From Candidatus Levyibacteriota bacterium (lineage in GTDB: Bacteria; Patescibacteriota; Microgenomatia; Levybacterales; UBA12049): a stretch of 64,000 nucleotides of DNA. The DNA lies in the NCBI GenBank assembly GCA_027459745.1, contig DAIDHL010000005.1, positions 646 through 64,645 of the forward strand, read 5' to 3'. Below are positions 41,876 to 53,172 of the stretch, piece by piece. A model generated the notes under the pieces. The model worked only from the letters and a program-made list of their open reading frames with translations. It ran no database searches and had not been told where the DNA came from. A program made the translations under genes and the position numbers. Every line of letters starts with the position of its first letter. The stretch's first letter is position 1.

Positions 41876-42643
41876 CTACTGTGTTGGCGACGGAGTAGTA
41901 GAAACAGTTGAAGATCTAAGATACTGTACAATCTGCTTGGCGTCAGCAAAAGCAGCTTTTAAATCAGCTGCACCAGCCTGAATTTCTGTCCGGGCAGTTT
42001 TTAACGTTGCTGAAGTACCGGCAGGGTCACTATCATAACTTTGCGGAGTTAAAGATGTAACCTGAGACTCAACACTATTATATTGCGTGTTAGCATCACT
42101 AATCTTGGACTGCATATCTGTTAACAAGCCCGTCATACTACTTGGGTTACCCAAAGACTGAAGTCTTGTCTGCAGTTTAGTAGCCAAATCTGATAATTTA
42201 GTATCTGTAACACTCATAGTATCTGACGCAACTAACAAATGTAATTGCGGCAAGAACTCAACGTAAATACGATAGGTAGTAAAGATACTTTTATAATCCG
42301 CTCGTAATGTAGGTAAATCAGTATCTCCATCAGCCTTAGCTTTCAAACTGGTCAAACCATTAATATCGGTGGTAATTTCAGCTGAATATTGGGCTTTTTG
42401 TGCTGATGATAATTTAACTAAACCATTTATACGAGTTTCCACGGCATTAAGTACTGTCAAACGTTGAGTTATAGCATTGTCAGCTAAAGTATGCAAATTC
42501 GACAGCCTGGCAGCTTGATTAGCTGCTTTAGTGTTAATAGGAGCTGTGGTTACACTCTGAGCAAATGCTGTCAAAGGCATGACTAATAATAAAGCTGTCA
42601 AACTGCCTGTGGTAATAATAGTTGTAAGTTTTGTTGTAATCAT
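41876..42643 (-). CDS. Secreted alpha-helical/coiled-coil protein
   Basis: Signal peptide ending AFA-Q; long amphipathic helices; GGGAGGTG RBS before ATG 42643. Confidence 0.8.
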   Translation of the reverse strand: MITTKLTTIITTGSLTALLLVMPLTAFAQSVTTAPINTKAANQAARLSNLHTLADNAITQRLTVLNAVETRINGLVKLSSAQKAQYSAEITTDINGLTSLKAKADGDTDLPTLRADYKSIFTTYRIYVEFLPQLHLLVASDTMSVTDTKLSDLATKLQTRLQSLGNPSSMTGLLTDMQSKISDANTQYNSVESQVTSLTPQSYDSDPAGTSATLKTARTEIQAGAADLKAAFADAKQIVQYLRSSTVSTTPSPTQ

Positions 42644-42685
42644 ATATTCACCTCCCTTCAATAGTACTAGTTATATAGGCAAAAC

Positions 42686-42701
42686 ATGAACAGAAAATGA
42701 C
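42686..42701 (-). promoter_or_regulatory. Putative OmpR-family binding box
   Basis: GTCATTTTCTGTTCAT on the minus strand, between the response regulator and the divergent secreted-protein gene. Confidence 0.55.
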
Positions 42702-42720
42702 ATTTGCTATAATCAGCTAC

Positions 42721-43392
42721 ATGAGAATACTAGTAGTTGAGGATGAACAAACCTTAGCCTACACGATCAAAACCGGACTGGTTGATGAAGGGTTTGCCGT
42801 CGATGTGCTTAATACAGGGCTAGCAGCTTATGAACAGGCCAGTGTAGAAGAATATGATGTGATAATTCTTGATCGTATGTTACCCGAAATGGACGGTATG
42901 TCAATTTGCCGACGTTTACGATTAGAAAAAAACTTTACCCCTATAATCATGCTTACTGCCCGTGGGAGCGCCGAGGAGAAAGTTGAGGGTTTAGATGCAG
43001 GTGCTGACGACTATCTTGCTAAACCTTTTTCATTTAATGAGTTAATTGCCAGAATTCGATCTTTAATTCGTAGATCTACCACCAAAGAAACAATACTACA
43101 AATTGATACATTAATCGTAGATCCTGCCAAACACCTGGTCCAACGCAACGGAATTAATATTGAATTGACTGCTAAAGAATATGCCCTGCTGGAATTTTTA
43201 CTCCGACATCCTAATCAGGTAGTAACTCGTGAGCAAATATCAAGTCATGTATGGGATTATGCGCATGAATCAATGAGTAATACCATTGAAGTATTGATCA
43301 AAAGACTACGCAGTAAGATAGATAAAGCTTTCCCAAAAGAAAAAAAGCTTTTTACAACTGTACGAGGATTAGGTTATAAAATATCAGCTTAA
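42721..43392 (+). CDS. OmpR-family response regulator
   Basis: MRILVVEDE, LDRMLP, GADDYLAKPF, VRGLGY. Confidence 0.95.
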   Translation: MRILVVEDEQTLAYTIKTGLVDEGFAVDVLNTGLAAYEQASVEEYDVIILDRMLPEMDGMSICRRLRLEKNFTPIIMLTARGSAEEKVEGLDAGADDYLAKPFSFNELIARIRSLIRRSTTKETILQIDTLIVDPAKHLVQRNGINIELTAKEYALLEFLLRHPNQVVTREQISSHVWDYAHESMSNTIEVLIKRLRSKIDKAFPKEKKLFTTVRGLGYKISA

Positions 43393-43394
43393 CT

Positions 43395-44411
43395 ATGCAA
43401 AATTTTTTACAGTATCTTCCACCGTTTACTCGAGCCCGATTAATATTATCAGGTTGGTATACCTTTATCTTGCTTTTAATTTTAATTGCGTTTTCTGTAG
43501 CTTTATCAATTACCTATAATAATGATGTTACACGTATTGTCCTTCAGCAGGATTTTGGCAACCATGTACCAAGAACACTGTCTAAGGTAGAATTAAGATT
43601 GGTTATTGCTCAAGTTAGAGCTTTAAGATCTACTTCCAGACTAGATATTATAGTGATAGATATCATAACCATCATAGTCGGAGGCGGACTAAGTTTCCTT
43701 TTAGCAGGAAAGACCTTACAACCCATCCAAAAAACCCTCCATAGTCAAAAAGTTTTTATTGCAGATGCTTCTCATGAGTTAAAAAGTCCTGTAACCGCAA
43801 TTCAATCCGCTTGCGAAGTAGCACTTCGTTCATCAAAAAAAACCAATGAAGACTATAGAGAAGTTTTACAGACCGTACATGAGCAGACATTAAGGTTGGG
43901 TAAATTGATTAATGATCTGCTATCGTTATCAGTATTAGAATCGGGTGGAACAAAAGAATTAAAACCATGTTCTTTATCTGATATTGCTCAAAAAGAGTGC
44001 AATAATATGCTACCCATAGCTAAAAAGGCTAAAATTAATCTGAAGGTAAATATTGAACCAAATGTTATTATAACTGGAAATCCGGAAAGCTTGCAGAAAA
44101 TCGTGATAATTCTACTGGATAATGCACTAAAGTTCACTCCTGCACACGGTAAAATTAGCGTTGAAGTAAATCAGAGACCTACACCTACCTTAAGGATAAG
44201 AGATACAGGTATAGGCATTCCAGCTGAAAAACAAAAAGATATTTTTAAGAGATTTTATCAGGCCGACTCCTCACATGCCGGCCAGGGAGCAGGATTGGGA
44301 TTATCACTGGCTGAGGCTATTATGCAAGAACACAAAGGTAGAATTAGTGTAGAAAGTACTCCAAGCAAAGGCAGTATATTCTCCTGTAGTTTCCCCAAAA
44401 AACAAGTTTAA
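43395..44411 (+). CDS. Membrane sensor histidine kinase
   Basis: 2 TM segments, ADASHELKSP, LLDNALKFT, DTGIGI, GAGLGL. Confidence 0.95.
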   Translation: MQNFLQYLPPFTRARLILSGWYTFILLLILIAFSVALSITYNNDVTRIVLQQDFGNHVPRTLSKVELRLVIAQVRALRSTSRLDIIVIDIITIIVGGGLSFLLAGKTLQPIQKTLHSQKVFIADASHELKSPVTAIQSACEVALRSSKKTNEDYREVLQTVHEQTLRLGKLINDLLSLSVLESGGTKELKPCSLSDIAQKECNNMLPIAKKAKINLKVNIEPNVIITGNPESLQKIVIILLDNALKFTPAHGKISVEVNQRPTPTLRIRDTGIGIPAEKQKDIFKRFYQADSSHAGQGAGLGLSLAEAIMQEHKGRISVESTPSKGSIFSCSFPKKQV

Positions 44412-44469
44412 CACTCTCAATTTATACATCAGCGTGACAAAATAAATAAATCTGCTAAGATGTCCTCTC

Positions 44470-45552
44470 GTGATGCTGCCAATAAAGAAGTTAGTCCTGC
44501 AAAATCTTAGTGTTATTTGCTTATTAATTCTTTTTTTTACGTTTTACTTTCAACAATCGGTTAATGCCCAAAATATAGTTTCTAATCAAGGTACGCCAGA
44601 AAATACTCTTTCTCCATCCCATCAGATTAAACCACCTTCTGCTTTCCCTTTTGCCTGGATGTTCTTGCCCGCTCTTCAACATAGATCATATCCTGGCAGT
44701 AAGATAAAAATTGAAAAAAACCTGACTTCTGGAAGTAATTACAACCGATATCTTACTTCCTACTATTCAGACGGATTAAAAATTTATGCGTTACTAACTG
44801 TCCCTGAGCAAGCAACTCCGTCTGGTGGGTTTCCGGTGATTCTATTTAATCATGGATATATAAAACCCCAGGATTATAATACGCAAACTTCCTACGCCAA
44901 ATACGTCAATGCATTGGCTACCCAAGGATATATAATATTTAAACCTGATTATAGAGGTAACGGTAATTCACAAGGTTCTCCTGCCCGAAGCTTCATTTCT
45001 CCTGAATATATCATTGATGATATGAATGCCTTGTCCTCAATTCAAAGATTTAAACTTGCAAATCCTAATAAAATAGGCATCTGGGCCCATTCTATGGGAG
45101 GGAATATTACTCTTTATGATTTAGTCATTGCTAAAAACATAAAGGTCGCAGTTATCTGGTCTGGATTAGTCGGCTCCTATGCGGAAACATTAAATTGGTG
45201 GGAAAAGACAAATAAAAACAATCACGACCAAGCAAGCTATAGCAATACCGCCAAAATTGTTAATAATATTATTAAATACATCGGAACACCTGAGAGCAAC
45301 CCGTTTATCTGGCAATTTATCGATCCGTCTGCAGATATTAAGGATATCACTGCACCTATTCAAATAGATGCAGGACTAGATGATCATACACTACCTGTAC
45401 AATTCTCAAGAGATTTTGCGGCCAGATTAAAAAATGCCCACAAAACAGTACAACTTAATCTTTATGCCGGAGAAGACCATAGTATTTCTGGTCCGCACTT
45501 TGATCAAGCAATGAACAATAGCATTGCATACTTTAATAAATATCTAAAGTAA
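44470..45552 (+). CDS. Secreted alpha/beta hydrolase (S9 peptidase-like)
   Basis: Signal peptide, NHGY, PDYRGNG, nucleophile elbow WAHSMGG, Asp (GLDD) and His (EDH). Confidence 0.88.
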   Translation: MMLPIKKLVLQNLSVICLLILFFTFYFQQSVNAQNIVSNQGTPENTLSPSHQIKPPSAFPFAWMFLPALQHRSYPGSKIKIEKNLTSGSNYNRYLTSYYSDGLKIYALLTVPEQATPSGGFPVILFNHGYIKPQDYNTQTSYAKYVNALATQGYIIFKPDYRGNGNSQGSPARSFISPEYIIDDMNALSSIQRFKLANPNKIGIWAHSMGGNITLYDLVIAKNIKVAVIWSGLVGSYAETLNWWEKTNKNNHDQASYSNTAKIVNNIIKYIGTPESNPFIWQFIDPSADIKDITAPIQIDAGLDDHTLPVQFSRDFAARLKNAHKTVQLNLYAGEDHSISGPHFDQAMNNSIAYFNKYLK

Positions 45553-45600
45553 ATTTAATATAACAATGCTCTTGCAATGCATCCTCATAAAGACTAATAT

Positions 45601-46998
45601 ATGTTCAAGATGAGTCCAAGACTGCGATTGAGATTATTGCAGTATGGTCTACCATTTGTAGTAGTAATCTTAATTGCATATTTAAAAATTATCTTCATAA
45701 AAGAGCTTCAGGAGAGTATATTCCTTTTATTTTTTTCTGCTGTATTGGTTAGTGGATGGTATGGTACTTTAAGATCAGGATTAATCGCCACGTTAATTTC
45801 AGGACTGTTGGCAAACTATTTATTTATTCCACCTGCTTTCACTTTTAAAACCGACACACCATCCCTGTTTAATACGGGGATTTTTTTTATCGAAGGAACT
45901 TTATTTAGTATTATCATCAAAGCACATAATATATCCAAAAAGAAAATTGCAGAAAGCAGTGAAAGATTTAGGATCGTGGCCGAGGGTGTTAACGACTATA
46001 TGATCATGATCCTCGACCCCAACGGCCGGATAGAAAACATCAACACCACAGCACAACAAATACTAGGATACAAACGAGAGGAAATAACCAATTTGAATTT
46101 TTCTCATTTATATAATGTCAAAGATCGACGCAAACGGTTACCAAAAAAACAGCTACTTCAAGCAATGGAACGGGGCCATAAAGAAATTTCTGGCTGGCGA
46201 ATTAATAAAAGTGGAAAGTCTTTTTGGATACAAGGCACGATTTCCTCTATAAAAAACAAAGACGGAAGCATAAAAAGTCTGGTCGCAGTCTTTAAAGACA
46301 TTACTCGACAAAAAAAAGTAGAACGGGAAAGAGAAGATTTTATAAGTATAGCTACACACGAATTGAAACAACCAGTCACTAGTATCAAAATATACGCTCA
46401 AGTCTTGTATATACACTTACAAAAAATTAAAGATCTTAAAGCGATTCAGTTCAGCAAAAACCTGATTGAGCAACTAAATAAGATGGAAAATCTACTTAAT
46501 TCTCTACTTGATGTGACAAGAATCCAACGTGGTAAAGTAATTTTAAACAAAGAAAAATTCAAGCTGCAAGACCTTCTAGTCCAGGTCGTATCTTCTGTGA
46601 CAAAAACTTACCCTAACTACAAAATTGAGATCGAGAACGATAAAAATAATTATGTTCTCGCTGATAAAGAGCGCATACGTCAAGTCTTAGTTAATTTAAT
46701 CACTAACGCAATTAAGTATTCACCCAAGTCAAATCTTGTAAAGGTAAAGACACAACGCAACAAAAATAAAGTCGTTATTTCAGTACAAGATTTTGGCATA
46801 GGTATAGCTAAAAACGAACAGCTCATGATTTTTGATAGATTCTATCGAGTCGGAGAAAAGAAAACGCAAATAACAGGTCTAGGATTGGGGCTTTATATAA
46901 CCTCTGAAATATTGAAAAAACACTCAAGCAAACTCTACCTGACTAGCAAGGTCAACCAAGGCTCTACTTTCTATTTTAATCTACCCATTGTAAATTAG
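45601..46998 (+). CDS. Histidine kinase with KdpD-like (DUF4118) TM region and PAS domain
   Basis: 4 TM segments (YLFIPP), PAS/PAC, ATHELKQPVT, NLITNAIKYS, GLGLGL. Confidence 0.92.
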   Translation: MFKMSPRLRLRLLQYGLPFVVVILIAYLKIIFIKELQESIFLLFFSAVLVSGWYGTLRSGLIATLISGLLANYLFIPPAFTFKTDTPSLFNTGIFFIEGTLFSIIIKAHNISKKKIAESSERFRIVAEGVNDYMIMILDPNGRIENINTTAQQILGYKREEITNLNFSHLYNVKDRRKRLPKKQLLQAMERGHKEISGWRINKSGKSFWIQGTISSIKNKDGSIKSLVAVFKDITRQKKVEREREDFISIATHELKQPVTSIKIYAQVLYIHLQKIKDLKAIQFSKNLIEQLNKMENLLNSLLDVTRIQRGKVILNKEKFKLQDLLVQVVSSVTKTYPNYKIEIENDKNNYVLADKERIRQVLVNLITNAIKYSPKSNLVKVKTQRNKNKVVISVQDFGIGIAKNEQLMIFDRFYRVGEKKTQITGLGLGLYITSEILKKHSSKLYLTSKVNQGSTFYFNLPIVN

Positions 46999-47040
46999 CT
47001 CTTCTTAGCCTATCGTAAAATATATTAGAAAAATTAGTAA

Positions 47041-48566
<1,526 letters not shown>

Positions 48567-48567
48567 G

Positions 48568-49041
48568 ATGAAAACACTGACTAACTCTTTAACGATCTTA
48601 AATATACGAACAACCACTGAACAACAAGAATGGATTAATATTCTGGAGGATATAATTGAGGATAATAAATCTGAGACAGATTTTAATTTAGAAAAATACA
48701 GTAAAAAAAACCTCACTTTGATTCAGTTCAATTCGCTGGAAGAATATTTAAAAGAATTTAAACCAACTGAGATGATGGAAGAATTACAAAAGTTAAAAGA
48801 TGAACTTACCAAGCTACCGGTGGTAAATATGACTATCGCATTTGATCCAAACAGCAATTTTGTAAATCGAGTAGTAGGAATAGTTCGTGAGAAAGTTGCC
48901 GCACAGGCTGTAATTCACTTAACAATCTCCAAAAATATAATCGGCGGTTTTCTTTTAGATTACCAGGGTAAATTCTATGATGCTAGTTTAATCAACATGA
49001 TTCATAATCTAACAAAGGAGAAAGAACATGCCAGACTTTGA
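48568..49041 (+). CDS. atpH: ATP synthase delta (OSCP)-like subunit
   Basis: C-terminal ISKNIIGGFLLDYQGKFYDASL matches the delta motif; operon position. Confidence 0.8.
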   Translation: MKTLTNSLTILNIRTTTEQQEWINILEDIIEDNKSETDFNLEKYSKKNLTLIQFNSLEEYLKEFKPTEMMEELQKLKDELTKLPVVNMTIAFDPNSNFVNRVVGIVREKVAAQAVIHLTISKNIIGGFLLDYQGKFYDASLINMIHNLTKEKEHARL

Positions 49042-50551
49042 TACTTTACTACATACTTGGAATGAAATAGGTTACGTACAAGAAGTGAATGGTTCACTTC
49101 TAACAGTTGATGGTCTGCCCAAGGCCAAAATGAACGAGGTTGTGCTCTTGGAATCTGGAGAATTAGCCCAAGTCTTTTCTTTGCAGAAAGATAGGGCTAT
49201 GTTGTTGTTGTTCTCGCGCCACTCTATCAATATCGGAACTCGTGTAGTCAGAACCGGGGAAACTCTCGATATTGAAGTAGGAAATTTTTTATTAGGAGCA
49301 TGCATTGATCCTTTAGCCAAACCTATTATCGCTAGTTTAACTCCCTCTAATTCAGAAAAGCGACCAATTGAAGTTAGAGCTAAAGGTATTGCGGAGAGAG
49401 AAAAAATCACACAGCCTTTTGTCAGCGGAGTATCTATTGTGGATATGCTTATCCCTTTGGGTAAAGGCCAAAGAGAGCTGATTATCGGTGATCGAAAAAC
49501 CGGAAAAACATCTTTTCTTTTGCAAACTGTTTTGAGTCAAACAAAAAGCGGAACGGTGTGTATTTATGCCATGATCGGTAAACAGCAAAATGAAATCAAT
49601 AACCTAATTAATTTCTTAAAGGAAAACAAGATTATGGATCAAACAGTACTGGTGGTCTCTTCTCGTCATGATCCCGAAGGTTTAATTTACCTGACTCCCT
49701 ACACTGCTATGACTATCGCTGAGTATTTTCGCGATCAGGGTAAAGAAGTCTTGTTAGTCATGGATGATTTAACTACACATGCCAAGGCATATCGCACAAT
49801 TTCTTTGATGGCTAAAAGATTCCCAGGTAGAAGCTCCTATCCAGCTAATATCTTTTATACTCACGCCAGGCTATTGGAGCGTGCAGGAAATTTCAAACAA
49901 GATGGTAAAGTCAATTCGATTACCTGCTTGCCGGTGGCTGAAACAACCAACGGAGATTTATCCGGCTATATCCAAACAAATCTGATGTCCATGACCGATG
50001 GTCATATTTTCTTTGACGTCAATCTTTATTCTGCAGGACGTCGTCCGCCTATTAACTCATTTTTGTCCGTAAGTAGAGTCGGCAGACAAACACAAACCCC
50101 ACTAGGACAATCAATTGCCCGGGAATTAAATAGTTTTCTGACACTTCTGGAAAAATCAGAAAAGTATTCACATTTTGGCGCAGAAGCGACTATGAATATC
50201 AAAGATACTCTCTCTTTTGGCAGTAAGATAATTGCTTTTTTTAACCAGTCTACAGACGTATCAATGCCTTTGCCCTTGCAAATGTTTGTCTTTGCACTAC
50301 TGTGGGCCAGATATTTCCAGGCTTTATCAATACCTGAACAAGAAGAGAAAATTAGTGTAATTAGAAAATTATATTTTTCTCAAAAAGAAATTCAGACATT
50401 TGTCGACAATCTTATTGTCAGTTCCGATACTCTTAATCACCTTTTGACACAACTTAATACACAAGATGCTAATATAAAGAAGTATTTTACGGTCAGTCAG
50501 CCGACATTTAAACCAACTAACACCTATGAAGGACCAAGCAATACAAAATAA
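49028..50551 (+). CDS. atpA: F1 ATPase alpha subunit (divergent)
   Basis: PLGKGQRELIIGDRKTGKT, DDLTTHA, PGRSSYP, SMTDGHI, SVSRVG. Confidence 0.95.
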   Translation: MPDFDTLLHTWNEIGYVQEVNGSLLTVDGLPKAKMNEVVLLESGELAQVFSLQKDRAMLLLFSRHSINIGTRVVRTGETLDIEVGNFLLGACIDPLAKPIIASLTPSNSEKRPIEVRAKGIAEREKITQPFVSGVSIVDMLIPLGKGQRELIIGDRKTGKTSFLLQTVLSQTKSGTVCIYAMIGKQQNEINNLINFLKENKIMDQTVLVVSSRHDPEGLIYLTPYTAMTIAEYFRDQGKEVLLVMDDLTTHAKAYRTISLMAKRFPGRSSYPANIFYTHARLLERAGNFKQDGKVNSITCLPVAETTNGDLSGYIQTNLMSMTDGHIFFDVNLYSAGRRPPINSFLSVSRVGRQTQTPLGQSIARELNSFLTLLEKSEKYSHFGAEATMNIKDTLSFGSKIIAFFNQSTDVSMPLPLQMFVFALLWARYFQALSIPEQEEKISVIRKLYFSQKEIQTFVDNLIVSSDTLNHLLTQLNTQDANIKKYFTVSQPTFKPTNTYEGPSNTK

Positions 50552-51416
50552 TTTTAACGATTTGAAAGATATGAACACTATCGTTTTGACTTATGAAGAA
50601 GTGGCGGCAATTCGCATGCAAAGAATCCGTTCGGTCGTTTTGCAAAAAAGATCATTCGTGGAAGAGTTACAGCACGTTTACAGTGTGGTAAGAAGGATGT
50701 ACAAAAATGATATTTTGGACTTACTGAAAAAGAAAAAAATAGCTGATACCAGAGTTCTCAATCGCAGAAATGGTAAAACCATTGCCGCTTTTATCGGAGC
50801 CAATACTGGTCTTTATGGAGATATTGTGAGAAAGACTTTCGAATATTTTTATAATGAAGTCCAGGACCATCCTGAATATGATTTAGCGATTATCGGCAGA
50901 ACGGGGAAATTATTAGCTGAGGAATATCAGATGAAACAGGCTATACAATATATTGACCTCTCTGATCAAGCCATCCAAAAGGAAGAGTTGAATGGCTTAA
51001 TTTTGACCTTGTTACAATATGAAAATGTCATTTTATATCACGGAGAATTTAAGAATATGCTGCATCAGGATGCGATCGCTTCCAGATTTGATGAGTCATC
51101 CACTCAACCTGCAACCGATGAGAACTCCGCTGAGACTCAACATCAGAAAAAAGAAAAATGGTTAGTTGATCCATCCTTGGAAGAATTACTTAATTTTTTT
51201 GAATCGGAACTATTCTCTTCGTTTGTAGTGCAGACAATCGGCGAAGGTCAATTGGCTAAGTTAGCCTCCAGAATTGATACACTAGAGCAAGCGACCGAAC
51301 ATATTCAATTAGAAGTAGAAAAAGCTGGTCGCAAACTGGATCAGTTAAATCATGAGATACTAAATAAAAAACAAAACGACATGCTAAGCGGAATGATGGT
51401 TTGGAATATACAATAA
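50526..51416 (+). CDS. atpG: F1 ATPase gamma subunit (divergent)
   Basis: N-terminal helix YEEVAAIRM, ANTGLYG, IIGRTG, C-terminal LASRIDTLEQATEHI. Confidence 0.88.
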   Translation: MKDQAIQNNFNDLKDMNTIVLTYEEVAAIRMQRIRSVVLQKRSFVEELQHVYSVVRRMYKNDILDLLKKKKIADTRVLNRRNGKTIAAFIGANTGLYGDIVRKTFEYFYNEVQDHPEYDLAIIGRTGKLLAEEYQMKQAIQYIDLSDQAIQKEELNGLILTLLQYENVILYHGEFKNMLHQDAIASRFDESSTQPATDENSAETQHQKKEKWLVDPSLEELLNFFESELFSSFVVQTIGEGQLAKLASRIDTLEQATEHIQLEVEKAGRKLDQLNHEILNKKQNDMLSGMMVWNIQ

Positions 51417-51418
51417 TT

Positions 51419-52810
51419 ATGAATACTAAAGGAAAAATAATTAATATTAAAGATCAGATTGTTGAAGTTGAATTCATGGATAGCAATGCACCCAAACTGC
51501 ATGATCTATTGTATTTGGAAGAGGATAAAAACTCTTTACTAGAAGTTACCGGATCCTCAGCTCCCTCTCAGTTTTACTGCATGATTCTCAAAGGAGCTGA
51601 TAATTTTTACCGTGGTGCACCGGTTATAAATAGTGGTTCAGGTCTGACTATTCCCATCGGAAATGAGACTTTGGGCAGAGTCATTGATATCTTTGGCACA
51701 CCTATTGACGGTAAGGCAGAAATTAAAACAAATAACCATCACCCTATCTATAAAGATCCCCCGCCGTTGGAGTCAATTGCACCCAAAACAGGTGTTTTGG
51801 AATTGGGGATTAAGGTTATAGATTTTTTTGCTCCCATGCTGCAAGGTGGCAAATTAGGAATCCTGGGAGGCGCTGGTGTAGGAAAAACTATTTTATTAAC
51901 CGAAATCTTGCACAATGTCGTTATCTTAAACAAAAACAAAAGTGTATCCGTATATACGGGTGTGGGAGAACGTACTAGAGAGGGACAGGAATTGGTGGAA
52001 TCCCTGGCGGAAGGTGATGTCCTAAAGTCGGCTGCACTAATCTATGGAGCAATGGGTGAGAGCCCAGCAATTCGTTATTTAACAGCTTATGCCGGTATAA
52101 CTATGGCTGAAGGTTTTAGAGATGTGGAAAAAAAGGATGTCCTCTTTTTTGTAGATAATGTTTTTCGTTTGGCCCAAGCTGGAAACGAACTATCTATGCT
52201 GGCAAATACCATCCCTTCAGAAGACGGCTATCAGCCGAAATTGGATAGTGAAATGGGTACTTTTCATGAAAGACTAGTATCCACTAAAGATGCAAACATT
52301 AATACTATTGAGGCTATTTATGTCCCCAATGATGATATTACTGACCAGGGAGTACAGGCTATTTTCCCTTATCTTGATTCAATCATTGTATTATCAAGAA
52401 ATGTCTATCAGCAGGGATTTTTGCCAGCTGTAGATATCATGTCCAGCGGTTACTCCAAGGCTTTGACGCCTACAATTGTGGGAGAAAAACATTATTCCGC
52501 AGCGATTGAGGCACAACAATTGCTAAAAAAAGCTGCTTCCTTGGACCGTATCGTCTCCTTAATCGGTGAGTCAGAATTGTCAGCTGATGATCAGGTAACT
52601 TACAGACGAGCACAAAAGTTAAGAGCATATATGACTCAAAGCTTCTTCACAGCCGAAAAGCAAACTGGACGCAAGGGTGTCTTCGTCCCGGCTAAAGATA
52701 CCGTAGATGATGTGATTGGTATCATGCACGGCGCATTTGACGAATTGACCGTAGATAAATTTATGTTTATTGGTAGTTTATCAGAAGTAAAAAAGCCCAA
52801 TGGATCCTAA
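51419..52810 (+). CDS. atpD: F1 ATPase beta subunit (divergent)
   Basis: GGAGVGKT, GVGERTREG, FVDNVFR, PSEDGYQP, YVPNDD, ESELSADD (DELSEED-like). Confidence 0.96.
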   Translation: MNTKGKIINIKDQIVEVEFMDSNAPKLHDLLYLEEDKNSLLEVTGSSAPSQFYCMILKGADNFYRGAPVINSGSGLTIPIGNETLGRVIDIFGTPIDGKAEIKTNNHHPIYKDPPPLESIAPKTGVLELGIKVIDFFAPMLQGGKLGILGGAGVGKTILLTEILHNVVILNKNKSVSVYTGVGERTREGQELVESLAEGDVLKSAALIYGAMGESPAIRYLTAYAGITMAEGFRDVEKKDVLFFVDNVFRLAQAGNELSMLANTIPSEDGYQPKLDSEMGTFHERLVSTKDANINTIEAIYVPNDDITDQGVQAIFPYLDSIIVLSRNVYQQGFLPAVDIMSSGYSKALTPTIVGEKHYSAAIEAQQLLKKAASLDRIVSLIGESELSADDQVTYRRAQKLRAYMTQSFFTAEKQTGRKGVFVPAKDTVDDVIGIMHGAFDELTVDKFMFIGSLSEVKKPNGS

Positions 52811-53078
52811 AGAATATACCGATCAAGTCTATACCGTGACCATTCGCAGTACGGAAACAGTGTATGAGCAGGATTTACCTGTAAGTGCCGTTTCGTCAAA
52901 AAATGTTAACGGTCCTTTTGATGTACTTCCTTTGCATGCCGATTGTATCTCTATTGTGGAAGATTATTTGGCCTATTACCCCCAAAAAGGTGAACGCAAA
53001 TTAATCAATATTCATAAAGGAGTCCTCAGAGTAGAAAACGGCAATGTCTATATCTTCCTAGATACCCTGACAAAATAG
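52800..53078 (+). CDS. atpC: F1 epsilon-like subunit, N-terminal beta-sandwich only
   Basis: GPFDVLPLHA and GVLRVENGNV motifs; 92 aa; last gene of the operon. Confidence 0.8.
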   Translation: MDPKEYTDQVYTVTIRSTETVYEQDLPVSAVSSKNVNGPFDVLPLHADCISIVEDYLAYYPQKGERKLINIHKGVLRVENGNVYIFLDTLTK

Positions 53079-53080
53079 CG

Positions 53081-53155
53081 ATATTGTTCGAATGAAATGA
53101 GAACTATAATTGTCTTGAATTGCAAGAATATCGTTCGAGCATCTCGAGAACTATA
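53081..53155. repeat. Two 28-bp imperfect direct repeats, each a weak hairpin
   Basis: ATATTGTTCGAATGAAATGAGAACTATA (53081-53108) and ATATCGTTCGAGCATCTCGAGAACTATA (53128-53155). Confidence 0.55.
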
Positions 53156-53172
53156 CCCTTCTTTTACCCTCC

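Noticed and set aside
45601-46998. Membrane protein upstream of the ATPase operon as a possible subunit a
   Set aside because: It is clearly a histidine kinase (H, N and G boxes plus PAS)
53081-53155. Possible CRISPR array
   Set aside because: Only two units, variable in the middle, with a 19-nt gap and no cas genes
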